Shown: positions 49,998 through 61,083, counted from the first letter of the stretch. The stretch: DNA of 64,000 nt from Gemmatimonadota bacterium (GCA_030747075.1 JASLLL010000004.1:70891-134890); one strand, 5' to 3'. Numbers and translations: made by a program. The notes: generated by a model from the sequence alone, not told the origin.

Positions 49998-50683
49998 CAC
50001 GCGGTTCGTTCCTCGCGCACGGCGGCGATGGTCTCACGAAGATAGCGGAACCAGTCCTCCATCCCCTCGCCCGTGCGTGCGCTCGTCTTGAGAACCGGGG
50101 CATCCGGGTTGACTTCGCGAATGTGCCCGAGGAGTTGGTCCATTTCGAAGTCGAGATGCGGAATGAGATCCGTCTTCGTAATGACGATGGCGTCCGCGTT
50201 TCGGAAGATGAGCGGGTACTTGACGGGCTTGTCCTCTCCTTCGGTCACCGAAACGAAGGTCACCTTGCGGTCCTCGCCCAGACGGAAACTGGCGGTGCAG
50301 ATCAGGTTGCCGACATTTTCGATGAAGAGGAGGTCCAGTCCGTCGAGGTTCAGCGCAGCCAGACCTTCGCGGACCATTCCCGCATCCAGATGGCAACTGC
50401 CTCCCGCCGGGCCGCCGGTGTTCACCTGGACGACCGGCGCGCCGTGGGCTGCAATCCTCTCCGCGTCGTGACTGGTGTTGACATCGCCCTCGACCACGCC
50501 GATCGGGGTCTCGTCACGCAGCGCATCGAGCGTGGCCTCCAGGAGTCGTGTCTTTCCCGCGCCGGGCGAGGAGACGAGATTCAGAGTCACGATGCCGCGG
50601 CGGGCGAGTTCGCCGTGATTGCTCGCGGCAACGCTGTCGTTGAGCTTCATGATGTCCCGCACGACCTTGACTTCCATCGTCAC
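49997..50683 (-). CDS. hypB: Hydrogenase nickel incorporation GTPase HypB
   Basis: SSPGAGKT, CHLDA, ENVGNLIC, EGEDKPVKYP, TKTDL. Confidence 0.93.
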   Translation of the reverse strand: MTMEVKVVRDIMKLNDSVAASNHGELARRGIVTLNLVSSPGAGKTRLLEATLDALRDETPIGVVEGDVNTSHDAERIAAHGAPVVQVNTGGPAGGSCHLDAGMVREGLAALNLDGLDLLFIENVGNLICTASFRLGEDRKVTFVSVTEGEDKPVKYPLIFRNADAIVITKTDLIPHLDFEMDQLLGHIREVNPDAPVLKTSARTGEGMEDWFRYLRETIAAVREERTA

Positions 50684-51039
50684 CGCTCCTCTTCGTCGGC
50701 GAAGAGGATGCTCTCGACGAGCATCTCCTTCCCGCCGGTGATTTCAACCGCGAAAGAACCGCACTTCGTGCAGACGAAGCACGCGGACTCGCCGATCCAG
50801 TCGTGGCCGCAGTCCTTGCAGTGCAGCGTCAGGGGCACTTCCTCCACCACGAGCCGACTCCCGGCCAGGGGGCCTTCACTCGTGAGGAGGTCATAGTAGA
50901 ACTCCACCGGGCCGCGGACCGCGCCGGAGAAGAGCCCCAGCGAGAGTCGCACTTCCCGGACGGGGGCGGGGACGGCAAGAGCGCGCACTTCCTCTTCCAC
51001 GGCATGAACAAGCGCTTCGGTGATGGAGTACTCGTGCAT
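50680..51039 (-). CDS. hypA: Hydrogenase maturation nickel metallochaperone HypA
   Basis: MHEYSI, CKDC, CTKC. Confidence 0.93.
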   Translation of the reverse strand: MHEYSITEALVHAVEEEVRALAVPAPVREVRLSLGLFSGAVRGPVEFYYDLLTSEGPLAGSRLVVEEVPLTLHCKDCGHDWIGESACFVCTKCGSFAVEITGGKEMLVESILFADEEER

Positions 51040-51046
51040 GAGGCGC

Positions 51047-52069
51047 CTAGCAGATTCTGGGGAGCATCTCCCCGGTGAGCATATCCACGATTCTCTCCCC
51101 GCCGATGGAGGTGCGCAGCGTGACCCGTCCGGGCGGACCCTCGCGCACTTCTCCGATGCGACACGCGTCCGCGCCCGCCGCGTGTGTGCGGAGGATGCGC
51201 AGAGCACGGTCGGCATCCGCTTCAGGGACCACCGCGATCATGCGTCCCTCGGACGCAAGATAGAGCGGATCGAATCCCATGATCTCGCACGCTCCGCGAA
51301 CTCCCGGGCGCAGCGGGATGCGCTCCTCGTCGAGGCGGATGGCGACGCCGCTGGCGGATGCGATCTCCCCCAGGACCGTGGCCACTCCCCCCCGCGTGGG
51401 GTCGCGCAGTGCGTGCAGCGGGATGGCGTCGTCCGCGAGTGCGCGCACCAACCCGTTCACGGGCGCGACATCGCTCTTCACTTCCCCGTCGAGCGAGAGC
51501 CCGGCGCGGAGCGTCATGAGGCAGATCTCGTGATCGCCAAGTGTTCCGCTGGCGAGAATGGCGTCGCCCGGGCGGGCGCCGGTTCCCGTGGGGGTGATCC
51601 CGTCGGGAAGGATGCCGAAGCCCGCGGTGGTGATGAAGATCCGGTCGGCGTGCCCGCGCGGCACCACCTTTGTGTCTCCCGCGACCACGGTCACTCCCGC
51701 CTCCTTCGCGGCGGCGGCCATGGAGTCCGCGATTCGCACCAGGTCGGCGACGGGAAGGCCTTCCTCCAGGATGAAGCCCGCCGTCAGCCAGCGCGGCTGT
51801 GCGCCGGTCATGGCCACATCGTTGACGGTTCCGCAGATGGCGAGGCGTCCGATGTCGCCGCCCGGGAAGAAGACGGGGTCCACGACGAAGCAGTCCGTGC
51901 TGACGGCGAGTCGCCCGGCGGGGATGTCGCCGACGAGCGCGCCGTCGTCCAGGACATCCAGCGCGGCGTTGGAGAAGCGCGGGAGGAAGACAGCCTCCAC
52001 GAGATCGTGCGCGAGCTTCCCGCCGGAGCCGTGGGACAGGAGAATGTGTTCGTCAGTGAGAGTCGGCAT
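51047..52069 (-). CDS. hypE: Hydrogenase maturation protein HypE
   Basis: HGSGGK, DDGA, CGTVND, GDTKVV, RDPTRGG, C-terminal LPRIC. Confidence 0.95.
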   Translation of the reverse strand: MPTLTDEHILLSHGSGGKLAHDLVEAVFLPRFSNAALDVLDDGALVGDIPAGRLAVSTDCFVVDPVFFPGGDIGRLAICGTVNDVAMTGAQPRWLTAGFILEEGLPVADLVRIADSMAAAAKEAGVTVVAGDTKVVPRGHADRIFITTAGFGILPDGITPTGTGARPGDAILASGTLGDHEICLMTLRAGLSLDGEVKSDVAPVNGLVRALADDAIPLHALRDPTRGGVATVLGEIASASGVAIRLDEERIPLRPGVRGACEIMGFDPLYLASEGRMIAVVPEADADRALRILRTHAAGADACRIGEVREGPPGRVTLRTSIGGERIVDMLTGEMLPRIC

Positions 52070-52684
52070 GGTGGCCTCCGTCCGGGCCGTACTTGAAGTG
52101 TGCGGCGCAGGTTCCCTCGCTGGAGACCATGCACGCTCCCACGGGGTTTTCCGGCGTGCAGGCGGTTCCGAAAAGCGGGCACTCCTCCGGCGCGGCCAGT
52201 CCCTGCAGAATCTGTCCGCAGATGCAGCCCTTGTGCTCGCGAGTGGGCTCCACCTCTACGGGGATCCGGCGGTCGGCGTCGAAATCCGCGAACTCCTCCC
52301 GGATGGCAAGTCCACTTCCCGCGATGACGCCGATGCCCCGCCACCATGCGTCGGCCGGTTCGAAGACGCGGTGCAGGATTTCCAGTGCACGCGGATTTCC
52401 TTCTTCGCGGGCAATCCGTGCGTACTGGATCTCGACCCTTGCATGGCCGCGAACGGTCTGCGTGCAGAGCATGTCGATTGCGTGGAGAACATCCAGCGGT
52501 TCAAAGCCCGCGATGACGACACCGAGCCCGTGCTGCCCGGCAAGGAAGCGGTACGGACGCGCGCCGATGATCGTGGAGACATGGGCCGGGCCGAGGAAGC
52601 CGTCGAGCTTCAGTTCTCCCGTGGCGATGGCGGCCAGCGCTTCCGGAACCGTCTTGTTGGCACCGCTCACGAAGTAGTTGGTTG
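52053..52684 (-). pseudogene. hypD: 3' half of HypD (N-terminus missing)
   Basis: DGFLGPAHVS, GFEPLD, CICGQIL, CPLFGTACTP, GACMVSSEGTCAA present; CGTH and GPGCPVC motifs absent. Confidence 0.85.
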
Positions 52685-53032
52685 GTCGTCCGGCTCTTTC
52701 AGGGGTCGATCGCAACGATTCTCGGCAGGATTGTGGCCGAGGACATCAGTGGAGCGTGGCGGCGGTACCTGGCATTCGCCATTTATGTGGTGGGCGTGTC
52801 CGGGGGTGTTCGTGTCTGGGATCTGGAGAAGTACATCACGCCCCGGCCCGAAGAGGCGGAAGCCATCGTCCTCAATGCGGAGCGGTGGACGCTGGAAGTC
52901 TACCGAACGATCATCGGCACGCTTCAGGGTGTGGCGTGGATGCTGCTGGTGTTCTTCCTGTTCGCGCTGGTGGCGTATGTGATCGTTCGCGGACTGGAGG
53001 CGAAGCGGACGACTCCGACAGCCGGGGAGTAG
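52682..53032 (+). CDS. Small membrane protein, probably 5'-truncated
   Basis: AWRRYLAFAIYVVGVSGGVRVWDLEKYI and TM helices; no RBS; starts exactly at the hypD break. Confidence 0.55.
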   Translation: MVVRLFQGSIATILGRIVAEDISGAWRRYLAFAIYVVGVSGGVRVWDLEKYITPRPEEAEAIVLNAERWTLEVYRTIIGTLQGVAWMLLVFFLFALVAYVIVRGLEAKRTTPTAGE

Positions 53033-53040
53033 ATCCCCGG

Positions 53041-53712
53041 TTATTCCTCCACGGGAGTAGGTGGCACGGACCCCTGAACGTACCGGAAGACCCATGTTGC
53101 CGCCGCGGCTCCGGCAATGGGTGCTGCGATGTACAGCCACAGCGCGTCCCACTGGCCGGAGACGATTGCCGGGCCGAGTGAACGCGCCGGGTTCATGGAC
53201 GCACCGGTCAGCGGCCCGCCGAGAAGCGCTTCCCAGGTGACCGTTCCGCCGATGGCGACTCCGGCCATGATCCCCTTTTCCATGTGCCCGGTGGACACAT
53301 TGAGGATGACGAAGACCAGGAAGAAGGAGAGAGCCGTCTCCACCACCAGAGCCTGGGGTACCGTCACCGACGGCAGTGTCGCGCCCAGCGTCTCATGCTC
53401 GGGAAACAGCACGCGCAAGAGAAGGGCGGCCGCGATCGCTCCTGCCAGCTGGCTTCCGATGTACGGGAGAACCGCCTTCCCTTCCAGGCGTCGGGCGAAC
53501 AGGAAGCCGAGCGTGACCGCCGGGTTGATGTGCGCTCCGGAGATGTTGCCGATTGAGTAGATCATGGCCATGACGACCAATCCGAACACCACGCATACGC
53601 CCAGGTGCCCCAGCGTTCCCGGGAACAAGTCGTTGACGATGGCGGCTCCGCAACCCGCAAACACCAGCGCGAATGTGCCGACGCCCTCCGCGATGAACCG
53701 GTTTCCGTTCAT
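53041..53712 (-). CDS. MIP/aquaporin family channel
   Basis: ISGAHINPAVT and ASMNPARSLGP (two NPA motifs); AGGAG RBS. Confidence 0.93.
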   Translation of the reverse strand: MNGNRFIAEGVGTFALVFAGCGAAIVNDLFPGTLGHLGVCVVFGLVVMAMIYSIGNISGAHINPAVTLGFLFARRLEGKAVLPYIGSQLAGAIAAALLLRVLFPEHETLGATLPSVTVPQALVVETALSFFLVFVILNVSTGHMEKGIMAGVAIGGTVTWEALLGGPLTGASMNPARSLGPAIVSGQWDALWLYIAAPIAGAAAATWVFRYVQGSVPPTPVEE

Positions 53713-54089
53713 GAGTCTCCTCGCGCCCGGTGAGAGGGCGATCCGGCGGCTTCCGTAGTCTTCGCGGCCTGCTGAAACGAGCGCGCTCCTGCGGTCGCGT
53801 CCAGCCCGTACTTCTCCCATGCGGCAATCAGCGACGGGCCGCCCCCTTCCGCCCATGCGGAGTCGTAGACGCGGAGCCCTTCGGTGAGCCACGCCTCGTC
53901 GCACTCTTCCCACCGGTTCAGCAACGCGGGGATGTTGTGGACGGCCTCCATGAGGTCCGCCAACCGCGCGCTCTCCCCTGCGGACAGGCCCTTCTCCTGC
54001 CCACGGTGTGCGGTCGCGCGGGCTTCGAGGATGGCGCGGGACAGAACTTCGAGACAGGCGGAGCGTTGAGGCTCCGGTGCGACAGACAT
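53709..54089 (-). CDS. Hypothetical protein
   Basis: ADLMEAVHNIP motif; ATGA overlap with the MIP gene. Confidence 0.6.
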   Translation of the reverse strand: MSVAPEPQRSACLEVLSRAILEARATAHRGQEKGLSAGESARLADLMEAVHNIPALLNRWEECDEAWLTEGLRVYDSAWAEGGGPSLIAAWEKYGLDATAGARSFQQAAKTTEAAGSPSHRARGDS

Positions 54090-54281
54090 GGGCGTTCCCC
54101 TTCGATGGGCGTGCCGTACGGAGTCATGGCATGGATTGGCCGGTGGATGAAACCGGAGCACTGGCGGCAGTGTACGGGGTATCCATTCCCCGCGCCAGCT
54201 TCGCCTTGCCCGCGCGCCGCTGCCGCCGGGCCGTCCCCGCCGCCGTCGCCGTCCTTGCTGGAATCGTGCTACCTTCGCCCC

Positions 54282-56996
54282 ATGAACTCAACCCCGCTCT
54301 CTTTCGTGCTGGATGGTGTGGATCGCGACGTGGCGGTCGAATCCGGCGAGTCGCTTCTCGAGGTCCTTCGCGAACGCTGCGGCGTCCGTTCCGTGAAGGA
54401 TGGATGCAGCCCGCAGGGTCAGTGCGGGTGTTGCCTCGTGCTGGTGGACGGTTCGCCAAAGCCCGCCTGCGCCGTCCCCGCCGCGAAAGTGGAGGGAAGG
54501 ACCGTCACGACACTCGCCGGTGTGCCGCAGGCGGATCGGGATCTTCTGGCGCTTTCCTTTGCCGCCGCGTCGGGAGTCCAGTGCGGGTTCTGCACGCCGG
54601 GGATTGCCCTTCGGGCGTACGCACTGGTGGCGCAAGACCCGGCGCCCGCCCGATCGACCATCGCGAAGGCGCTGCACGGTCACCTCTGTCGCTGCACGGG
54701 CTACACGAAAATCCTCGACGCGATCGAGCTCTTTGCGGCCGTTCGACGCGGCGACGCATCGCCCCCGGAACCGGCGCGTTCCGGTGGCGCGGGCGAAGGC
54801 GTGGGCGTGCGGCTGCGGAAGTACTCGGCCGCCGAACTCACTCTCGGGGAGCGTCCGTTTGTCGACGATCTTTCACCGCCCGGCGTGCTTCACGGGGCTG
54901 TGGCGCTGTCCGCGCATGTCCGTGCGCGCGTTCTCTCCATCGACACCACGGAAGCGCGTGCGCTGCCGGGGGTGCACGCCGTGGCGACCGCTGGCGATGT
55001 CCCCGGAGAGCGTTTCTACGGGCTCATCGAGCGCGACTGGCCGGGGCTGGTCGCGCCGGGAGAGGAAGTGCGCTGTACAGGCGACATTCTCGCCGCCGTC
55101 GCGGCCGACAGTCGGCGGATCGCCCGGGAGGCCGCCGCGCTCGTGCGCGTGGAGTACGAACCGCTTCCGCCGGTGCTGGACACGAAGGCGGCCCTCGCCG
55201 AATCCGCCCCGCGTGTCAATCCGGCCAACCCGAATCTTCTTTCGCGTACGGTGGTCCGCCGGGGTGACGCCGCGGCGGCGATGGCGGGTAGTGCGCACAC
55301 GGTGGCCGGGGTCTGGCGCACGCAGCGGATCGAGCACCTCTTCCTGGAACCGGAGAGTTGCGTGGCGGTTCCCGCTTCGGCGAATCGCGCTCGTCGCGCA
55401 TCCAACCCAACCTCCACGCCGCGTCTTCACCTCTACACCCAGGGGCAGGGCGTCTTCGACGACCGAAGACAGGTCGCGGCCTTCCTCGCGATGGATGAAG
55501 ACGACATCTTCGTCGAGCTTGTCCCGAACGGCGGCGCGTTCGGCGGCAAGGAGGACATGTCGATTCAAGCGCACGCGGCGCTGCTGGCGATGATGACGGA
55601 TCGGCCGGTCAAGCTCACGCTGTCGCGCGGCGAGTCGGTTCGCGTGCACCCGAAGCGGCATCCCATCGAACTGCGCTACGAGGCAGGGTGTGACGAGGAG
55701 GGTCGCCTCACGGTCGTGCGGGCGCGCATGGTCGGGGACACCGGCGCGTATGCGTCGGTGGGTGCGAAGGTGCTGGAGCGCTGCGCGGGGCATGCGTGCG
55801 GTCCGTACAAGGTTCCGTGCGTGGATGTGGAGGCGGTGGCCGTCCACACGAACAACCCGCCCGCGGGTGCCATGCGCGGATTCGGCGCGAACCAGGCTTC
55901 GTTCGCGATGGAAGGCGTGATGGATCTGCTTGCCGAGAGGGCGGGGCTGGATGGCTGGGAGATGCGTCGCCTGAACGCGGTGGAAGTCGGCGATGCCGTG
56001 ACTACCGGACAGGTGCTCCACAAGTCGGTCGGGATGGTGAAAACGCTCGACGCCATCAAGCCGCACTGGGACGCCGCTCGCGCTGCCGGATTGTCTGCGG
56101 GCATCGCGTGCGGCATCAAGAACTCCGGCATCGGCAACGGCGCCGTGGAGTGGGGCAAGGCGCGACTGGTCGTGGAAGATGACGGTACCGTTTCCATACT
56201 GAACGGATTCACGGAGATGGGGCAGGGCTTGCTCACGGTGCTCGTCCAGATTGCGGTGGAGGCCACCGGGCTTCCGGCGTCCGTCTTCCATCCCCGCGTG
56301 GATTCCACCTTTGCGCTCGACTGCGGGCAGACCACCGGGTCCCGCGCGACGCTTCTCGGTGGCCGGGCGGTGAAGCGTGCCGCGGAGAAACTCGCGGGAG
56401 CACTGGTTGAAGGGCACAGCCTGCGTGACATGGCCGGGCGTGTGTTCGCGTCCGACATTGTGGTGGACGACACGGTCGCGCCCGACCCGTCCGGGATGGC
56501 GACGGATATCAAGACGCACACTTCCTACGGCTTCGCCACGCAACTGTGCATTCTGGATGAGAATGGACGCGTGGAGCGCTTTGTTGCCGCGCATGATGTC
56601 GGGCGGGCGGTCAATCCCGCACTCTGCGAAGGGCAGATTGAGGGCGCGGTTCACATGGGCCTGGGGTATGCGCTCACCGAAGAACTGCCGTGCCCCGAAG
56701 GCCGGCCGGTGACAGAGAAGCTTCGGGAAATCGGGGTCCTGCGCGCGGCGGATATGCCGGTGGTGGAGGTGATTCTCGTGGAGGATCCGGAACCGGAGGG
56801 TCCGTACGGCGCCAAGGGAGTGGGCGAGATCGGTCTTGTGCCGACGGCGGGTGCGGTGGCCGGTGCTCTTCACGCCCACGACGGCATTCGCAGGACGGAT
56901 CTGCCCATGCGCGACTCTCCCGCCGCGCTGGCCATGAGCGTGCCGAGGCCGCGTCGTCGTGTGCGTACCGGGGACGATGCGGGGGGGACGCCGTGA
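54282..56996 (+). CDS. Selenium-dependent-type xanthine dehydrogenase (fused 2Fe-2S and Mo-binding domains; XdhD-like)
   Basis: CSPQGQCGCC, QCGFCTPG, CRCTGY, FGGKEDMSIQ, AMRGFG, TEMGQG, KGVGE; extended -10 TGcTACCTT 6 nt upstream. Confidence 0.88.
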   Translation: MNSTPLSFVLDGVDRDVAVESGESLLEVLRERCGVRSVKDGCSPQGQCGCCLVLVDGSPKPACAVPAAKVEGRTVTTLAGVPQADRDLLALSFAAASGVQCGFCTPGIALRAYALVAQDPAPARSTIAKALHGHLCRCTGYTKILDAIELFAAVRRGDASPPEPARSGGAGEGVGVRLRKYSAAELTLGERPFVDDLSPPGVLHGAVALSAHVRARVLSIDTTEARALPGVHAVATAGDVPGERFYGLIERDWPGLVAPGEEVRCTGDILAAVAADSRRIAREAAALVRVEYEPLPPVLDTKAALAESAPRVNPANPNLLSRTVVRRGDAAAAMAGSAHTVAGVWRTQRIEHLFLEPESCVAVPASANRARRASNPTSTPRLHLYTQGQGVFDDRRQVAAFLAMDEDDIFVELVPNGGAFGGKEDMSIQAHAALLAMMTDRPVKLTLSRGESVRVHPKRHPIELRYEAGCDEEGRLTVVRARMVGDTGAYASVGAKVLERCAGHACGPYKVPCVDVEAVAVHTNNPPAGAMRGFGANQASFAMEGVMDLLAERAGLDGWEMRRLNAVEVGDAVTTGQVLHKSVGMVKTLDAIKPHWDAARAAGLSAGIACGIKNSGIGNGAVEWGKARLVVEDDGTVSILNGFTEMGQGLLTVLVQIAVEATGLPASVFHPRVDSTFALDCGQTTGSRATLLGGRAVKRAAEKLAGALVEGHSLRDMAGRVFASDIVVDDTVAPDPSGMATDIKTHTSYGFATQLCILDENGRVERFVAAHDVGRAVNPALCEGQIEGAVHMGLGYALTEELPCPEGRPVTEKLREIGVLRAADMPVVEVILVEDPEPEGPYGAKGVGEIGLVPTAGAVAGALHAHDGIRRTDLPMRDSPAALAMSVPRPRRRVRTGDDAGGTP

Positions 56997-58153
56997 CTCC
57001 GCTCGCTCGACTGCACGCGGCAGGGCTGGACGCTACCGACTGCCAGGTCCACGGCGGTTTCGTCAACGCCCACACGCACATTTACTCCGCGCTCGCACCG
57101 ATGGGGATGCCCGCGCCGGAACCGCCGCCCTCGGACTTTCTGGAGATTCTCCAGCGCGTGTGGTGGCGGCTCGACCGGGCACTCGATGCGCAGAGCCTTC
57201 GCGCTTCGGCAAGACTCTACGCGGCGGAATCACTCCTTTTCGGCACGACCACGCTCATTGACCATCACGAATCGCCCGGCATGATCGACGGTTCGCTCGA
57301 CATCCTCGCGGACGCCTGCGAGGAAATGGGCATTCGCGCCGCCCTCGGGTACGGCGCCACAGAGCGCAATCGGGGACGCATCGAAGCGCGGGAGGGACTG
57401 GAGGAATGTCGTCGCTTCCTCACCTGGAGGGGCGCGCCGCAGCGGGAGTCCGACGCGTCGCTGGAATCCCCGCCGCTTCTTCGCGGATTGGTTGCGCTCC
57501 ATGCCTCATTTACCGTCTCCGATGACTCGCTGGTCGAAGCGGCCGCGCTCTGTCGCGAACTGGGTGCGCCGATGCACATCCATCTGGCGGAAGATGCCGC
57601 CGATGTCGCGGATGCCCGCAAGCGCGGTCACGCGGGACCGCTGGAGCGACTCCTTGCGCACGACGCGCTTCCCGCGGGATCCATCCTTGCGCACGGCGTG
57701 CACCTGGATGCGGATCAGGTGAGAATGGCACGCGACAACGGGCTGTGGATCGTCCAGAATCCGCGCTCGAACCGGGGGAATCGCGTCGGGTATCCCGGGG
57801 CTCTGGCCGCCGCCGACCGCGTGGCGCTCGGAACGGACGGGTACCCTTCGGACTCCGCCGCGGAGATTGCGGCGCTTCTCGAAGAGGCTGCCCTGCACGG
57901 CGATGACATGGCCTCCGCCCGGCGCCGTCCGGATGCGGGGCGGGATCTGGCCGGTGCCCTTTTCGGCGAACTGCGTGACGCGTGCGCGGTGGAAAAGACA
58001 GGAGTGGTCCGCCAGTTGATTGTGAATGACCGCGTGGTCGTTCGGGATGGTCGGCTGGTGGCGGAAGACATCGAGGCTCTTCGGGCGGAGGCGGCAGCGG
58101 AAGCACCCACGCTCTGGGAGCGCATGGCCGTTCAGGACGAGCGGTTTTCCTGA
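56993..58153 (+). CDS. ssnA: SsnA-like metal-dependent amidohydrolase
   Basis: NAHTHIYSAL, GTTTLIDHH, LHASFT, HIHLAE, LAHGVH, LGTDG. Confidence 0.82.
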   Translation: MTPLARLHAAGLDATDCQVHGGFVNAHTHIYSALAPMGMPAPEPPPSDFLEILQRVWWRLDRALDAQSLRASARLYAAESLLFGTTTLIDHHESPGMIDGSLDILADACEEMGIRAALGYGATERNRGRIEAREGLEECRRFLTWRGAPQRESDASLESPPLLRGLVALHASFTVSDDSLVEAAALCRELGAPMHIHLAEDAADVADARKRGHAGPLERLLAHDALPAGSILAHGVHLDADQVRMARDNGLWIVQNPRSNRGNRVGYPGALAAADRVALGTDGYPSDSAAEIAALLEEAALHGDDMASARRRPDAGRDLAGALFGELRDACAVEKTGVVRQLIVNDRVVVRDGRLVAEDIEALRAEAAAEAPTLWERMAVQDERFS

Positions 58154-58171
58154 AGAGGGAGGCGAATCAGA

Positions 58172-59665
58172 ATGGCCAAGCTGGGACTCGAGCGGGAGAT
58201 CGTGGACCGCAATGTCTATGATCGAACCGTGGATCGATTTGCGGAAGCGTCGATCGTGCTGCCTCGATTTTCCGAACTGGCGGACCCCTCGACGATTCCC
58301 GTGTCCGTGGTCGAGGCTCTTGCGGAAGTGGACCCCGACGCCCCTCATCCGCTCAACCTCTTCCGCGTTCACTGGCATAACTCCTCGGACCGCCGCGGGT
58401 TCACGGAGATTCCGGACCATCTCGTGCTGCCCACTGAACTGACGGGTGTCGCCGCTCCGATTGTCGTCGCGCTCGGAAACCGATTCCCGATGATCCGTGC
58501 GCACAAGGTGCTGGCCGCGTACGCCTGCCTGGTGCCGCGCCTGATTACCGGGCAGTTCGACCCTACCCGGCATCGCGCGGTCTGGCCGTCCACTGGCAAC
58601 TATTGTCGCGGTGGCATCGCCATCTCCCGCATTCTGGATTGCCATGGCGTGGCGGTCCTTCCGGAGGGGATGAGCCGGGAGCGCTTCGAGTGGCTGGAGA
58701 AGTGGGCGACGGACCCGGCGGACATCGTGCGCACGCCCGGGAGCGAAAGCAATGTGAAGGAGATCTACGACGAGTGCGCTCGTCTGGATGAAGACCCGGA
58801 CACGATCATCTTCAACCAGTTCAGCGAGTTCGGAAACCACCTGGCGCACTTTCTGTGTACGGGTCGTGCGCTGGAGACCATCCATCGCTCGCTCGTGGAG
58901 AAGACGCCGGGGTGGACAGCCGCGGCGTTCGTGTCGGCGACCGGGTCCGCCGGGACCATTGCGGCCGGGGACTATCTGAAGGAGCGGTTCGGGTCGAAGA
59001 CCGTGGCGGTCGAAGCACTGGAGTGCCCGACGCTTCTCTCGAATGGTTTTGGCGAACACAACATTCAGGGTATCGGCGACAAACACATTCCGCTCATCCA
59101 CCATGTGATGAATACGGATTTCGTGGTCGCCGTCTCCGACCGCGCGACCGACTCGCTGAACCATCTCTTCTCGTCGACCGCCGGGCGGGACTACCTGCTG
59201 GCGCGACGCGGACTCTCCCCCGAGATGGCGGGGATGCTCCCGAACCTCGGGATTTCCGGGATCTGCAATGTTCTGGCAGCCATCAAGACGGCGAAGTACC
59301 TCCGTCTCGGTGCGACCGACGCCATCTACACCGTGGCGACCGACGGCGCGGAAATGTATGCGACGGAGCGTACGCGCACCGCCGAGCGGGACTTCCCGGG
59401 CGGGATCGACTCCGTTTCGGCGGCGGAAGCGTTCGGTCGGTATGCGCTGGGCGCGGGCGTGGACCATCTCCGGGAACTCACGCGTCCGGAACGGGACCGC
59501 GTGTTCAATCTGGGGTACTTCACCTGGGTCGAGCAGCAGGGTGTATCCCTTCACGACTTTGAACGCCGACGCACGCCGGAGTTCTGGCTGGGTCTGCGAG
59601 AGTGGATCCCCGCGTGGGACGACATGATCGACGCGTTCAACGCACGCGCACGCGGGAAGCCGTGA
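58172..59665 (+). CDS. Fold-type II PLP-dependent enzyme (cysteine-synthase-like, uncharacterised subfamily)
   Basis: AHKV (PLP Lys), [20 protein letters not shown]. Confidence 0.85.
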   Translation: MAKLGLEREIVDRNVYDRTVDRFAEASIVLPRFSELADPSTIPVSVVEALAEVDPDAPHPLNLFRVHWHNSSDRRGFTEIPDHLVLPTELTGVAAPIVVALGNRFPMIRAHKVLAAYACLVPRLITGQFDPTRHRAVWPSTGNYCRGGIAISRILDCHGVAVLPEGMSRERFEWLEKWATDPADIVRTPGSESNVKEIYDECARLDEDPDTIIFNQFSEFGNHLAHFLCTGRALETIHRSLVEKTPGWTAAAFVSATGSAGTIAAGDYLKERFGSKTVAVEALECPTLLSNGFGEHNIQGIGDKHIPLIHHVMNTDFVVAVSDRATDSLNHLFSSTAGRDYLLARRGLSPEMAGMLPNLGISGICNVLAAIKTAKYLRLGATDAIYTVATDGAEMYATERTRTAERDFPGGIDSVSAAEAFGRYALGAGVDHLRELTRPERDRVFNLGYFTWVEQQGVSLHDFERRRTPEFWLGLREWIPAWDDMIDAFNARARGKP

Positions 59666-61083
59666 CCAGCGGTCCGTTCCGGATGGTGTGCGCCGGGTGC
59701 GGTGCGGGGGTCCCGCCGGACGCTCCGCATCCGTTCCGCTGTCCCGAAGGACCGGCCGAAGCGGGAGATGTCGACCATGTCCTGGTGAGACTCCTGGACC
59801 CGGAACGCGTGGCCCCGCCTGACGAAGACCCCCAACCCTTCGTTCGCTATCGCACGCGCTTGAGGTCGTACCATCTGGCGCTCGCGCACGGGATGGACGA
59901 TGCCGCGTTTGTGTCTCTCGTTCGCGAACTGGATGATGCCGTCGGGGCCGTCTGCGGAACCGGGTTCTTCGTGACGCCGTTCGCGCTCTCCCGGCAGGGT
60001 GCGGAGGCCGTCGGACTTTCGTCCGGAACGCTGCGCATCAAGGACGAAACGGGTCATGTGGGCGGGTCGCACAAGGCGCGCCATCTCTTCGGGATTCTGC
60101 TGCAGTTGGAGGTCGCCCGCCGCACGGGCCTGTTCTCCACGAAGGAGAAGGCGCCGCTCGCGATCGCCAGTTGCGGGAATGCGGCGCTGGCTGCCGCGAT
60201 CGTCGCGAAGGCGGGGGGGCGAGCGCTCACGGTCTTCATCCCGACGGATGCGGATCCCGCAGTGGTGTCGGCGCTTCGCGAGCACGATGCGTCGCTCACG
60301 ACCTGCGCACGAGAAGAAGGGGTGCCGGGGGATCCGTGCGTGACGCGGTTCCGGCAGGCGGTGGAGGGCGGCGCGCTTCCATTCACCTGCCAGGGACCGG
60401 AGAATGGACTTGCGATTGAGGGCGGACACACACTGGGTTGGGAGATGGCCGAAGTGCTCGCGGCCGAGGAGGGCCGTCTGGGTCATGTGCTGGTGCAGAC
60501 AGGCGGCGGCGCACTCGCCAGCGGAGTCGCGGCGGGACTGGCGGAAGCGGCGGCGCTCGGTGTGCTGCCCCGCCTCCCGCGTGTTCACACGGTGCAGACG
60601 CGTGGCGCGTTTCCGCTGGAGCGGGCGTGGGACCGCGTGGCGTCGCGTGCGCTGGAAGCACTGCACGCGGAGGGTGCGTTGCCGCACGCGATCCCGGAGG
60701 GCGCCGCCGCGCGCGCGGATCTCCTGCGAACACACGCGGACTGGGCCGCCGTCGCTACGGAACTTGCGCACGCGGTCACGCACCGGGCGGAATACATGTG
60801 GCCGTGGGAGGGAACTCCCCGCAGCATCGCGACCGGGATTCTCGACGACGAGACCTACGACTGGTTCGCCGTCGTGTGCGGAATGATCCGAACGGGCGGT
60901 ATCCCGGTGATCGTGAGCGAGGAGACGCTGGCGGATGCAAATGCCATTGCCCGGGAAGCGGTTGGAATCCGCGCGGACGCGACCGGTTCCGCGGGTCTTG
61001 CCGGGCTGATGCGGCTTGTTCGCGCGGGGGAGATCGGGGCCGAAGCCGATGTGGCGGTCCTCTTCACGGGAACGCTGCGCTGA
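59662..61083 (+). CDS. Threonine-synthase-like PLP enzyme with N-terminal Cys motif
   Basis: CAGC..C, IKDET..GGSHKAR, ASCGNA, QTGGG, LFTG. Confidence 0.82.
   Translation: MTSGPFRMVCAGCGAGVPPDAPHPFRCPEGPAEAGDVDHVLVRLLDPERVAPPDEDPQPFVRYRTRLRSYHLALAHGMDDAAFVSLVRELDDAVGAVCGTGFFVTPFALSRQGAEAVGLSSGTLRIKDETGHVGGSHKARHLFGILLQLEVARRTGLFSTKEKAPLAIASCGNAALAAAIVAKAGGRALTVFIPTDADPAVVSALREHDASLTTCAREEGVPGDPCVTRFRQAVEGGALPFTCQGPENGLAIEGGHTLGWEMAEVLAAEEGRLGHVLVQTGGGALASGVAAGLAEAAALGVLPRLPRVHTVQTRGAFPLERAWDRVASRALEALHAEGALPHAIPEGAAARADLLRTHADWAAVATELAHAVTHRAEYMWPWEGTPRSIATGILDDETYDWFAVVCGMIRTGGIPVIVSEETLADANAIAREAVGIRADATGSAGLAGLMRLVRAGEIGAEADVAVLFTGTLR

Noticed and set aside
31800-52684. Single inversion bounded by the two truncation junctions
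   Set aside because: Flipping the segment would join the cytochrome c 3' part to the hypD 3' part and restore no gene; no recombinase or inverted repeats at the ends
53066-53081. Other TGGCAC(G) hits as sigma54 promoters (also near 12645, 24192, 45596, 57727)
   Set aside because: They lack a GC at the -12 position with correct spacing and mostly lie inside coding sequence
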